Assembly (NCBI GenBank): GCA_040219255.1
Contig: JAVJSW010000012.1
Coordinates: 90,484-154,483 of the forward strand
DNA length: 64,000 bases
Source: Sumerlaeia bacterium
GTDB taxonomy: Bacteria; Sumerlaeota; Sumerlaeia; SLMS01; JAHLLQ01
Reading direction: 5' to 3'
In this document: positions 1 to 9,369 of the stretch, one piece after another
How positions within the stretch are numbered: the stretch's first letter is position 1
Layout: each line of letters begins with the position of its first letter
Made by a program: the position numbers and the translations under genes
Notes under the pieces: generated by a model
What the model was told of the DNA's origin: nothing
Seen by the model: only the letters and a program-made list of their open reading frames with translations
Databases searched by the model: none

Positions 1-1350
1 CCGCAGCGTCGCCCCATCCCGCCAGAACGCCCGCCCGCCGCCATCGAGCACCAACCGATCCGGGTCCAGCGGCTCCGGATCCTCGCGCCCCGGCAGGCGC
101 ACAACCCATTGAAACCCCGAGCCCTCGGTGCCCACCAGGCTCAAGTTCGCCTCCTCCGACTCGAACACCAACGGTTCGCTCAGGTCCTCCCAGAGGGCGG
201 CCGCATCGCCAGACCATCGGGAAAACCAATGGATCGCCTCCTCCAGAGGCCACAGATCCTCGCGGCGCATGAAGGTGGTGTTGAGCGCCTCGGCGTCCCG
301 CACCGCCCAGGCGAGCAGCGCCCGGCTTTGCCGATCGAGCTCCCGCGTTCCCCCCGCTACTTCCTTCTGCAAGCGCAGAATCGCGTCCGGCTTGCGGGGT
401 GAGGCCACCAACGTGCCAGAGGTCAGCAGCAACTGCACGTTCATGTCCCACAGACCGTCGGCGTCCGCCTCTGGCACCCAGCGCAATTCCAGCTTGCCCA
501 GCGGCGCCCCCGGGCCGTCGCCGGCGCGCTGCGTGGTCAGCCAGTCGGTCAGCGCGCGCTCGCTTTCCTGGCGCGCGAAGTCGCGGAAAAGGGAGTGGGC
601 CTCGGGCGAAGCCAGGAATTGGCGCAAATCCTCGCACCCTTCGCCGGTTCTGCCGTACCCATGGCCGAGAGGCTCGGTCAACTGAACGAACTGCCTCAGG
701 GCTTGGATTGGGTTGGCGATCGCCGTCAGCGACCGAATCTTCCAGTACGATCCCCAATGCCGGTTCGACTGGCCGACTGTCCGGCGAAAGCCCTTGTCGA
801 TCCACCGCTCCCGCTGGGCCGGTGTCTTCGCCCTCAGATAAGTCCGCCACCACGGCTCCGCCTCGTCCTCCCGCGCCGACTCGCCCGCTTCGATCACCAG
901 CCGGTGGCAACCCTGATACGGCGAAATGGGCGGTGTCGATTTGCCCAGCAGCCACGCCCCGGGAAGCAAATCGTCGAACCTTTGCAGCCCATCGCATCCC
1001 CGCGCCAGAGCGTAGCCGATCACCCCCAGCGCCACCGCGTAGGTGTGTTTGCAATCGAAGGCCACGGGGCAGTCGCATTGCGTTTCGATCCCTTCCGCGC
1101 GGGTCAGGATCAACCGCGTCCGATAGGGCCGCGTGGCCGATCCGTCCACCGATGCGGTGATTTCATCGGGCAACGCGTCCGCCCGCAGGACCCGCCCTTC
1201 CAGAGCGTACTTGCGCCCCCTCTGGGCCGCGCCGGAACCGTCGAGCAAATCCAGGAATTCGAACAGTTGATCGCCCCAGGCGGGATCGAAGATCAGCTCG
1301 GACCCGGAAACGGGCCTGTTCTTGCGGTCGGTTTTTCGGCTCGGAGACAA
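1..1350 (-). CDS. SWIM zinc-finger protein, probable N-terminus of a SWIM-SNF2 (DEAD/H) helicase; runs off the window
   Basis: Not in the ORF track (no stop inside the window). Manual translation gives an open frame from TTG 1350 (in-frame ATG at 1380) to base 1: ...AQRGRKYALEGRV...ITASVDGSATRPYRTRL...TQCDCPVAFDCKHTYAVAL. This is the CxC-xn-CxH SWIM motif with the usual 'RG..Y...GRV' lead-in. The helicase assignment is inferred. Confidence 0.7.
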   Translation of the reverse strand, partial: MSPSRKTDRKNRPVSGSELIFDPAWGDQLFEFLDLLDGSGAAQRGRKYALEGRVLRADALPDEITASVDGSATRPYRTRLILTRAEGIETQCDCPVAFDCKHTYAVALGVIGYALARGCDGLQRFDDLLPGAWLLGKSTPPISPYQGCHRLVIEAGESAREDEAEPWWRTYLRAKTPAQRERWIDKGFRRTVGQSNRHWGSYWKIRSLTAIANPIQALRQFVQLTEPLGHGYGRTGEGCEDLRQFLASPEAHSLFRDFARQESERALTDWLTTQRAGDGPGAPLGKLELRWVPEADADGLWDMNVQLLLTSGTLVASPRKPDAILRLQKEVAGGTRELDRQSRALLAWAVRDAEALNTTFMRREDLWPLEEAIHWFSRWSGDAAALWEDLSEPLVFESEEANLSLVGTEGSGFQWVVRLPGREDPEPLDPDRLVLDGGGRAFWRDGATLR

Positions 1351-1437
1351 ACAGCCCGGCCCCCCTCGAAAAGATTGCATCCCCAAGGACACTCCCATCA
1401 TGTTACGCCTAAATTTCGTGTGCGCAAGGGAGCAATT

Positions 1438-2190
1438 GTGCGGCTCAGAGGAGTAACCATCACCGGACTGGAAGGCAAGCCCGAGGCGATTCTCTCCGCC
1501 GCCTTGGGCGAAGCATCTCTGCCCGGGCCGCTCCGCGTCTGGGGCAATCCGGAAATCCTCCTCGCGCCCCGCGCCGCCATCGCCGGCAGCCGCCAGGCCA
1601 GCCCCCGCTCCCTCGCCGCCATCGAAGGTCTCGCCGTCGCCCTCGCCCAGCGCGGCCTTTGCCTGGTCAGCGGCGGCGCCCACGGCACCGATTGCGCCGC
1701 CCACGCGGCCTGCCTCGGCGCCGGGGGCCGCACCGTCGTGGTGCTGCCTTGCGCCCTCGAGGACATCGACCTCGCCACCTGGCGCCCGAGGCTGGCGGGG
1801 CTGTGGAACGAGGAGCGGACGCTGTTCGTTTCGCCCTTCGCGCCCGGGTACCGCCCGACGCGCTCCAGCCCGGTCCTGCGCAATCGGCTGATTGCCTCCC
1901 TGGCGCAGGCCGCCGTCGCGGGCGAGACGGGATTGCAGGGCGGCACCAACCACTTTCTGACCTTCGCCCACGAGCGCCGGCTGCCGATTTTTCTCCTCGA
2001 TGTGTACGGCGAAGACCCCGCCATGGCGCAGGCCCTCGCGCTGTTTCGCCAGCAGGGCGCCCGCACGTTCACGCCGGACGACGCCTTTTCCGGCGGGTTC
2101 GCCGACCATATCGCCCGCGCCGCCACCGTCTGGCGCCCGGCCCCGAGGCCCGGCGGCCAATTGGCTCTCTTTGGCGAGGACGCGCCATGA
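1438..2190 (+). CDS. dprA: DNA-processing protein DprA/Smf (Rossmann domain only)
   Basis: Motifs AIAGSR, LVSGGAHGTDCAAH and RNRLIASLA...GGT. GTG start at 1438 chosen within ORF 595..2190; the stop overlaps the priA ATG (ATGA). Confidence 0.85.
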   Translation: MRLRGVTITGLEGKPEAILSAALGEASLPGPLRVWGNPEILLAPRAAIAGSRQASPRSLAAIEGLAVALAQRGLCLVSGGAHGTDCAAHAACLGAGGRTVVVLPCALEDIDLATWRPRLAGLWNEERTLFVSPFAPGYRPTRSSPVLRNRLIASLAQAAVAGETGLQGGTNHFLTFAHERRLPIFLLDVYGEDPAMAQALALFRQQGARTFTPDDAFSGGFADHIARAATVWRPAPRPGGQLALFGEDAP

Positions 2191-4481
2191 CATCCGCCTC
2201 CCGCTTTGCCCGCGTCGCCCTCAATCGCCCCATGCCGCCCTATACCTACGCGGTGCCGGAGTTCCTCGCCGGGAAGATCGCCCCCGGCGGACTTGTGAAG
2301 GTGCCCCTCGGAAAGAAAGCCGAAGTCGGTTTCGTGGTCGAAATGACCGATCACGACGAAGGCCTCGGGAAGAAGGTGAAAGCCATCGCCGACGTGGCGT
2401 CGCCGGAATACGCGATGACGCCGGAGTTGATGGCGCTGGCGCAATTTGTCGCCTCGTATTACTTTTGTAGCATCGGCGAAGCCCTTGCCACCGTGTCCGT
2501 CGTGGGCTTTCGCGATGTGCAGACCCAGCGCGCCGCGACGTTCCGGCTGAGGCCCGATTGGGAAGCCCTCGCCCGGGGCCTGACCATGAAGCAGCGGGCG
2601 GCCTGCGAAGCCCTGGCCGTCATGGGATTCCCCGCCGCCACCCGCCCCGCCCTGGGCGAGAGCGCCGGCGTCAGCACGGCCATCATCGGCAAGCTGGGCG
2701 AGGCCGGGCTGCTGGAAGCCGCCGACCCGGATTTGCCGCCTCCCGCGCCGGTGGAAACCGCCGCCGACGCCGATCTCGCCCTCCTGCCCGATCAGCGCAA
2801 AGCCCTCGACGCCATCACGGGCGCCATCGACGCCGGGGAGTTCGCCGCCTTTCTGCTCTTTGGCGTCACCGGCAGCGGCAAGACCGAGGTTTATCTGCAA
2901 GCCATGAAGCGCGTCCTCGAGCGCGGGGGGACGGCGCTGTGCCTGGTGCCGGAAATCAGCCTGACGCCGCAGACGCTGGCGCGCTTCGAAGCCCGCTTCG
3001 GGCCGCTGGGCGCGGAAATCGGAGTCTTCCACAGCCAGCAGACGCGCCGCGAAAAACTCGTCCTCTACCGCCGCATCCAGGCCGGCCGCGTCCGCATCGT
3101 CATCGGGGCGCGGTCGGCGGTGTTTTCGCCCCTGCCCCGGCTCGGCCTGATCGTGGTCGATGAGGAGCACGACGGCTCCTACAAGCAGGGCGAGACGCCT
3201 CGCTATCACGCCCGCGATATCGCCGTGCTGCGGGCCAATCGGCTCAAAATCCCCGTCGTTCTCGGCAGCGCCACGCCCAGCCTCGAGTCCTATCACAACG
3301 CGGAAATGGGCAAGTACCGGCTGCTGACCCTGACCGAGCGCGCGTCGGGCGAAGCGCTGCCCCCGGTGCGCGTCGTGGACATGGCCGAGCAGGTCGTCGC
3401 CCAGGGCAACATGAGCCTGTTCAGCGTCGAGCTGCGCGCAGCCATCGCCGAGCGCCTCAAACGCGGCGAGCAAACGCTGCTGTTCCTGAACCGGCGCGGA
3501 TTCAGCAATTTCCTCTTCTGCCCGTCCTGCAAGTGGGTCGCGCGATGCGACGACGACGACATCGCGATGACGGTGCATCGCCACGGCGGCGCGCGGAACG
3601 ATGAAAACGCCGAGCTGGACCTGTTCGTGCCCGACGCCGATGTGGGCGGCAAGGCGGTGCTGAAATGCCACTTCTGTGGCGTGAAAGCCGACGCGCCCAA
3701 GGTCTGTCCCGAGTGCCAGTACGAAGAGCTGATGTCCGTCGGCAGCGGCACCCAGCGCGTCGAGCGCGAGCTGGCCACCCTCTTTCCCGACGCCCGCGTG
3801 CTGCGCCTGGACCAGGACACGACGCGCGGCCGCCAGGCCTTTATTGACGCCTGGGAGCAGATGACGCGCGGCGACGCCGACATCATCCTCGGCACGCAGA
3901 TGATCGCGAAGGGTCTGCACCTGGAAAAGGTCACCTTGGTGGGCGTGATGCTGGCCGATGTGGGGCTCTTCCAGCCCGATTTCCGCGCCGAAGAACGCAC
4001 CTTCAGCGTCCTGACCCAGGTGGCTGGCCGCGCGGGCCGCAGCAGCGCCGGTCAGGTGATTCTGCAAACCTACCTGCCGCGCCACCACACGATCCGCTTC
4101 GCCTGCAACCACGACTACACCGGCTACTACCGGGCGGCCGCGCCCAAACGCCGCCAGATCGGGTTTCCGCCCTTTGGCAAGCTGATCGCCCTGACGCTGA
4201 GCGACCCCGACCGCGACAAGGCCTGGGCCGCGGGCAAGACCCTGGGGAACATCCTCTACCGCCTGAAATACCACACGAACGCCCGCGACGTGGTCATCAA
4301 TGGCCCGCTGGTGGCGCCGATTTCGAGGCTGGCGGGGCGGTTTCGCTACCGCCTGATGCTGCGCGGAGAAAGCCCCAGCCGCGTCGCCGGGCTGCTGCGC
4401 AGCGCCCTCGCCGACCGCGAGTACAAACTCCCCGCCACCACCCGCGTCGCCATCGACGTGGACCCGATGGATTTGCTGTAG
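2187..4481 (+). CDS. priA: Primosomal protein N' (replication restart helicase)
   Basis: GVTGSGKTEVY, LVPEISLTPQ, DEEHDGSYKQ, LNRRGF, Cys clusters, GTQMIAKG, QVAGRAGR, C-terminal IDVDP. Confidence 0.97.
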   Translation: MTSASRFARVALNRPMPPYTYAVPEFLAGKIAPGGLVKVPLGKKAEVGFVVEMTDHDEGLGKKVKAIADVASPEYAMTPELMALAQFVASYYFCSIGEALATVSVVGFRDVQTQRAATFRLRPDWEALARGLTMKQRAACEALAVMGFPAATRPALGESAGVSTAIIGKLGEAGLLEAADPDLPPPAPVETAADADLALLPDQRKALDAITGAIDAGEFAAFLLFGVTGSGKTEVYLQAMKRVLERGGTALCLVPEISLTPQTLARFEARFGPLGAEIGVFHSQQTRREKLVLYRRIQAGRVRIVIGARSAVFSPLPRLGLIVVDEEHDGSYKQGETPRYHARDIAVLRANRLKIPVVLGSATPSLESYHNAEMGKYRLLTLTERASGEALPPVRVVDMAEQVVAQGNMSLFSVELRAAIAERLKRGEQTLLFLNRRGFSNFLFCPSCKWVARCDDDDIAMTVHRHGGARNDENAELDLFVPDADVGGKAVLKCHFCGVKADAPKVCPECQYEELMSVGSGTQRVERELATLFPDARVLRLDQDTTRGRQAFIDAWEQMTRGDADIILGTQMIAKGLHLEKVTLVGVMLADVGLFQPDFRAEERTFSVLTQVAGRAGRSSAGQVILQTYLPRHHTIRFACNHDYTGYYRAAAPKRRQIGFPPFGKLIALTLSDPDRDKAWAAGKTLGNILYRLKYHTNARDVVINGPLVAPISRLAGRFRYRLMLRGESPSRVAGLLRSALADREYKLPATTRVAIDVDPMDLL

Positions 4482-4571
4482 GGAAGGGGTGTGGCGGGGG
4501 ATATTGAGGGATTGGGAAAGGTTCGTCATGGCGAGGCGCCTCCTGGGATTCGAGATCGAACAGGAAGGAGG

Positions 4572-4652
4572 GTCTCACAGGCCGGACGGTTTGTCCCCTC
4601 ATGTGGCGCTTGTGGAGCAAGATAGACAAAATAGACTTACTGCACTTATCAG
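4572..4652 (+). repeat. Dispersed ~70-80 bp element, copy 1 (TCTCACAGGC..GTTTGTCCCCTCATGTGG..CAAGATAGACAA..)
   Basis: Near-identical blocks at 19858-19926 (+) and 49062-49140 (-). Confidence 0.85.
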
Positions 4653-4727
4653 ACACCAGGAGCTTACGAAGGGTAAGTTGAGGGAACGGAGGGATTGAGA
4701 GCCGCGAGATGGGCACGAATGGAGATT

Positions 4728-4864
4728 GTTCGTAGTCCCGCCTTCAGGCGGAATGGGGGGGAGGCCGAGGTAGTCAACAGCCCGCACGATGGGGGGCGAG
4801 GCAGGTGGCTGGCGCAGAAGCAAGGTGGATGTTCGGCTTGCCGCCTGAAGGCGGAACTACGAGC
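4728..4864. repeat. Inverted pair of GTAG-type REP-like palindromes (REPIN-like)
   Basis: GTTCGTAGTCCCGCCTTCAGGCGGA at 4728-4752 and its near reverse complement CCGCCTGAAGGCGGAACTACGAGC at 4841-4864; a third copy lies at 46553-46577. Confidence 0.8.
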
Positions 4865-5036
4865 GGCGGGCAACCACACCTTCCGGGCGACTGGCATCAC
4901 AGCGTTTATGGACAACGGAGGGCGCCTCGAAGACGCGGCCGCCATCGCGGCCCACGAATCGACCCGCACGACGATGCTCTACGACCGCACGGGGGAGAAG
5001 GTGACCTTGGATAAGATCGAGCGGGTGCGGATATAA
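4865..5036 (+). pseudogene. C-terminal remnant of a tyrosine recombinase/integrase
   Basis: GNHTFRATGITAFMDNGGRLEDAAAIAAHESTRTTMLYDR contains the H-x-x-R, H and catalytic Y of box II. Everything upstream is replaced by the REP-like pair. Confidence 0.85.
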
Positions 5037-5037
5037 C

Positions 5038-5274
5038 GTCCGTCAAGGCGACAGGGATCCCGCCCGGCGACCCGGCGGGCCGAATCGGGCTGAGGCCGCG
5101 CAGCGTCATGGTCAGAAGTTCGTCGTCCGCCAGGTCTTCTGCCAAGAGCATGACACTTCCAGCCAAGCCATGCCCGATGCCAGATTGATCGTTGCTCAGG
5201 CGTAAAATGCCAGTGCGAAATTCGGGGGCGACTCCGCTGACGAGGGGTAATTCATCGGGGCGGTCGTCGACGAC
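5038..5274 (-). pseudogene. Start-less fragment homologous to the pre-toxin region of the toxin at 6313-7218
   Basis: Manual translation VVDDRPDELPLVSGVAPEFRTGILRLSNDQSGIGHGLAGSV...LRGLSPIRPAGSPGGIPVALTD aligns by eye with GDRP...PSELATG...GIGRLALD...GGGHGL...LLSKI...GPIPVPLTD. Confidence 0.6.
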
Positions 5275-5288
5275 TCAGCCTCCTTGAT

Positions 5289-6323
5289 TTAGCTATCCCC
5301 GTCTATTCGAGGCAACTCGTAGACCAGCAGTTCCTTGTCGGCTGTAGGGACAACGAAGTGATGCTGGAGGAAGATCGCCGGGGCCACAATATGCTTTTCC
5401 TCCCTCCAGCAAGAAACGAGTTTTCCACTGCGTCTCTCGAAGAGAGCCAACTCCGATCCGATTTCTGCCCCTAGGAGGAAGTCGTCATTGGCGCTGATAC
5501 AGTGATATACCCTCTGATGAGTCAGATATTGCTTCAGAACAATATACTCCCGTACAATACCCTCCGGACCAAATTGCATAATCTTGCTAGTTGACCCTAT
5601 GTATAATGACTCGCCGATCCTACGAAACATGGAAAAACCCTTCGGCAAGGACATTTGCCACTTGACAAAAAGATCATCGACGGAAATCGCTGTTAACGTT
5701 GGCTGGGATTTCTCGTTGTAGGGAACAGACACGATATACAAGTAACCCTCATGGACTATAAAGTCATACGACTTTCCGACTTCATAGACATTTCTTGTGA
5801 CAATTTTTCCATCCCTGTCTATCGGGCCGAAGTGAACGGATGACTTATAGTCTCCGGCACGGGAAACGACCATGACACCTCTGTGGGTGTGAAAGGCTCT
5901 GATGAATTGGGTTCTGTCGTCTGACCAAAGCTCCTCAGGACGTGAGGAAGGGAGGATTTTGTACAGACGACTGACATACGTCACTTTTATTATTGTAAGG
6001 AAGAAGACTGTGTCGCCAATGCTCCAAGAATCTTCAAGTATCTCATCCTCACGCAGGTCATTCTTGGAGACCACAAATTCCAGCCTCCCCTCCCGGACAG
6101 CATAATACGAGTTATCAGTATTCAAAACGTAGCATGACTCCTGGTTCTTAACGACCACACCGCGCGATTCATAGTTGATAAGCTTGGACATCGAAACGCC
6201 AGTGTCATCTTCTTTCAAAAAATATGAGCCCGTGCTATTATTAATTATAGGTACTACTGAAGCTTCGCCAACTACTTGCCTCGTAAACCTTGCATCAGAT
6301 CGTATAATGTGCTTAATCTTCAT
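5289..6323 (-). CDS. Low-GC predicted beta-propeller protein, putative immunity protein
   Basis: Markedly AT-richer ORF rich in beta-strand-like segments, with PQQ-like 'LTAISVDDLFVKWQ' and 'LFERRSGKLVSCW' segments. It overlaps the stop of the upstream nuclease-like ORF. Start may be 6323, 6332 or 6368. Confidence 0.65.
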   Translation of the reverse strand: MKIKHIIRSDARFTRQVVGEASVVPIINNSTGSYFLKEDDTGVSMSKLINYESRGVVVKNQESCYVLNTDNSYYAVREGRLEFVVSKNDLREDEILEDSWSIGDTVFFLTIIKVTYVSRLYKILPSSRPEELWSDDRTQFIRAFHTHRGVMVVSRAGDYKSSVHFGPIDRDGKIVTRNVYEVGKSYDFIVHEGYLYIVSVPYNEKSQPTLTAISVDDLFVKWQMSLPKGFSMFRRIGESLYIGSTSKIMQFGPEGIVREYIVLKQYLTHQRVYHCISANDDFLLGAEIGSELALFERRSGKLVSCWREEKHIVAPAIFLQHHFVVPTADKELLVYELPRIDGDS

Positions 6324-7218
6324 AACTGACATTTCCTTGCATACTTGGTGGAATTGAGTGATTTCCATTTCTGTACAGAAATATCACATCTCCTCCAAAA
6401 GTAGCATCGCCTAAAGCAATGCCTTGTCTTACCGCGTTCTCAATGGCGATTCGATCAGAATCCGAGTAGACTCTACTGAAAACATAATAGTACTTACGGC
6501 CAGCTCCAAAGACATCCACATAGTTTTCACCATGCCTCTCGGCCTGCTCCTTCAGTCTTTCCAAATCCGGAACTCCCTCATGGTTCTTATACTCATACAA
6601 GTCGGCACCATGCGCAATCACATCCATTTTCTGACTATCCGCGAGAATTGCAACATCTCCCGGAGCAAACCTCTGCCGCACATCCCATGCCTCGAAGTAA
6701 TAGCCCTTCAAATGCCCCGGGGTGTTCCCCGCCAGGGCGATCCAGTTGGTGAAGTTGTTGTACTCGTGCATGTCGCCGATGACTTCCAGGCCATCTGTCA
6801 CATCGAAATTCGATACCCCGAACATCCGTTTCATGACGTTATCGACCTTGGTCTCTCCGATTGCGACGTCCCCTGAAGCTTCAAACACCGCCAGCATTTT
6901 GACCACGTTTTTCGCCGCGTGATCGGTAAGCGGCACCGGGATGGGGCCTTGGGCGGCTCAGTGGAGGTGGATTTTCGACAGGAGCCTCATGCCGAGTCGG
7001 AAGCTTTCCTGCCGACCGGACGCTTGCCCGTACTCTTTCCAAAGATCGAACAGCGTGTCAAGAAGGCCGTGCCCGCCGCCGTCGGCGCCGGGATCGAGCG
7101 CCAAGCGGCCAATGCCAAGGAGCGCGTTGTGTTCTCCCGTTGCAAGTTCGGAAGGCATACGAGCGATTTCCTGCAGAAGACTCGCTGCCTCCGAAATTGG
7201 CCGGTCGCCCCTGTTACA
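6313..7218 (-). pseudogene. Orphan polymorphic-toxin C-terminal module with a PD-(D/E)xK (REase-fold) nuclease tip; one in-frame TGA at 6958-6960
   Basis: ORFs 6958..7158 and 6313..6936 share a frame that is open from 7218, directly after the LEA gene stop. Tip motifs KGYYFE...MDVI..ADLYEYKN...KEQAERH (E, D, ExK, Q). GC drops at about 6700. Confidence 0.65.
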
Positions 7219-8088
7219 TTATCCCCCCGTCCGCCCGCTCTTCGAAAACTCATGCGTAATCGGCGCGAACGGCGTTCCGAGGTCGATGTCGCCGGTCAGG
7301 TCGTAGCTCGCCTGGCCGCTTTTCATCATGTTGAAGGCCGCGAGGCCGAGGTCCATGGGGCGGACGCTGAAGGGGATTTCGAGGGTTTGTTCGCCGCCGG
7401 CTTCGAAGTTGGCCGCGTCGCGCAGGGAGCCCTTGGCCACCGACGTCCCCGAGAGTTTCAGGTCGTAGCCCATCTGCGCCAGCGAGGCGGCGAATTCGTT
7501 GGTGTTTTTGACTTTGAGCTTCAGCACGCCGTCGGCGTTCGCGAGCGAGAGGTTTTCCCAGGCGACGTCCTCGACGGTGACTTCGGGGGCGGCGGGCACG
7601 GGCAGCTCGCCCTTCTTTTCGATGGGCAGCCGGATGGGGTCGCCGCCGGAGGGGTTCGTCATCGAGAGGTCGAAGTTGGCGCGGTAGGGCAAGACCTGGC
7701 CGGGGCGGACACCCTGCACGGCGGTCAGCAGTTCCTGGAACCCGATGGTGAGCGGCAGTTCGACGGTGCGGGTGCCTTTGGCGGGCACGGTGCCGGTCAG
7801 TTTCTGGGCGCCCTGGAAGACGCTGGTGTCGCTGCCGCCAGCGGCCAGGCCATAGGTCACGTCGGTCAGGGGCAGCGCGAAGCCGTAGGGGTTTTCGATT
7901 TCGACGTCGAAGAGCATGGTGGCGCTCTGCTGCGAGAGGTCCTGGAATTTGGCGCCCTTGACGGAGGCGCTGGGTTTCGGGGCGGATTTGACGACGTCGC
8001 CGAGGACGCCCTGCATTTCCGCGCAGCCGCTGAGGCCGAGGCCCGCGAGGGCCATCAGGCCCGGGAAGAGGATCGCTCGTAGATTCAT
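7219..8088 (-). CDS. Lipoprotein with two LEA_2/WHy domains
   Basis: Lipobox LGLSGC; two repeats of 'V.I.NP..F...L..V.Y.L...G'. ATG at 8088 has an upstream GGAG. Confidence 0.85.
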   Translation of the reverse strand: MNLRAILFPGLMALAGLGLSGCAEMQGVLGDVVKSAPKPSASVKGAKFQDLSQQSATMLFDVEIENPYGFALPLTDVTYGLAAGGSDTSVFQGAQKLTGTVPAKGTRTVELPLTIGFQELLTAVQGVRPGQVLPYRANFDLSMTNPSGGDPIRLPIEKKGELPVPAAPEVTVEDVAWENLSLANADGVLKLKVKNTNEFAASLAQMGYDLKLSGTSVAKGSLRDAANFEAGGEQTLEIPFSVRPMDLGLAAFNMMKSGQASYDLTGDIDLGTPFAPITHEFSKSGRTGG

Positions 8089-8281
8089 GGGTCGGTCTCC
8101 GTTTTGGTTATTTCTACAGCCTGCCGGCCTGCGAATGTCGGGCCGTACCGGAGGGAAGGACAATGCCAGAGTGCGCGCCGGTTCCCCCGCAGAGGCCAGA
8201 TGGCACGCTCTTCTCTTGTCCCTTGCAATCGGACCGCTCTTGATAAAAGAACACTCTGACTTTCGAACCTAAGGAAACTCC

Positions 8282-9301
8282 ATGACTTTTTCTTCCACGC
8301 AGCGCCCGGCCCTTCGGCTGATGGCCGCCGCCGCTTGCTTCGCCGTCCTCGGCGCCACCGCCGCCGAGGCTCAGGACGGCGAGAAGTACCAGCTTCGTTA
8401 CAACCTCTCGCAGGGCGAGAGCTATGACTCCAGCGTCTCCACCGAGCAGGTCATCAGCCAGGAGATGATGGGCCAGAAGAGCGTCACCACCCAGAAGCTC
8501 GATCTGGCCTCTGGCGCCTCTGTGGCCGAGGTCGCCGAGGACGGCACGCAAGACATCCGTTACATCTTCGAGCGAGTTCAGGGCAGCGTCGAGGGCGACG
8601 CCATGTCGATGACCTTCGACTCTGACAACGCAGACGAAGAACCGTCCGGCCCCATGGCCGCGCTGTTCACCTCGCTGGTCGACAAGCCTCTGATCGTCTC
8701 CATCGAACCCGACGGCGACGTGGCGGGCATCGAAGGCTTTGGCGCCGTGATCGACGATGTGATCGAAAACGCCGGAATCCCCGACGAGCAGATGAAAGCC
8801 CGCGTCCGCTCTCAGCTCCAGGACCAGTTCAGTGACGACATGCTCAAGGAAATCATCCTCGGCGCGGTCTTCTCCTACCCCGCCGACGCCATGGCGGTGG
8901 GTGATTCCTGGACTTCCGACGGCTCGGAAAGCGTCGCCTTCCCCGTTCAGATGACCGATACTTACACGCTGGAAAGCGTCGCCGACGGCGTCGCCACGAT
9001 CAAGGTGTCCTCCGACATCGTGCCCCTGCCCGACCGCCAGGCCCAGGCCATGGGCCAGATGCTGGTGGACGTGGCCCTGACCGGCACAAAGACGGGCAAG
9101 CTGATGGTTGACCTGAAGTCTGGACTCGTGACCTCGGGCGAGACGTCGATGGACCTCTCCGGCGAAATCAACGCCCAGATGGGCATGCCCAACGCCCAGG
9201 GCGAGTCCGAGACGATGACCATCCCGATGTCCGTTAAGAGCAACACCACCGTCAGCAACAAGATGGTTGCCGCTTCCGAGGCCACCAAGACCGCCTCCTA
9301 A
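8282..9301 (+). CDS. Secreted protein, DUF6263-like
   Basis: Signal peptide ending AEA-Q; LRYNLSQGESY, FDSD, YPADAMAVGDSW and G.L.VDLKSG pattern; AAGGA RBS. Confidence 0.65.
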   Translation: MTFSSTQRPALRLMAAAACFAVLGATAAEAQDGEKYQLRYNLSQGESYDSSVSTEQVISQEMMGQKSVTTQKLDLASGASVAEVAEDGTQDIRYIFERVQGSVEGDAMSMTFDSDNADEEPSGPMAALFTSLVDKPLIVSIEPDGDVAGIEGFGAVIDDVIENAGIPDEQMKARVRSQLQDQFSDDMLKEIILGAVFSYPADAMAVGDSWTSDGSESVAFPVQMTDTYTLESVADGVATIKVSSDIVPLPDRQAQAMGQMLVDVALTGTKTGKLMVDLKSGLVTSGETSMDLSGEINAQMGMPNAQGESETMTIPMSVKSNTTVSNKMVAASEATKTAS

Positions 9302-9369
9302 GCGGCACGGCGCGCGACGCGCTTCCCCCCCGCCGGCAAGAATCTCTCCCGACAGAAACCCTCAGGGCG

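Noticed and set aside
1398-4529. 1043-aa minus-strand ORF and similar long antisense ORFs (10254..11948, 12004..13359, 21442..23214, 34421..36028, 61745..63247)
   Set aside because: Shadow frames of well-supported opposite-strand genes in a high-GC genome, with no motifs of their own.
6958-6960. In-frame TGA as selenocysteine or genetic-code reassignment
   Set aside because: TGA is a normal stop elsewhere (e.g. dprA, trpS), no clear SECIS hairpin follows, and the paralogous fragment has no Cys there. A nonsense mutation in a silent cassette is simpler.
8200-8230. TGGCAC sites (8201, 14304, 56229) as sigma-54 promoters
   Set aside because: None has the TTGC -12 element at the required spacing.
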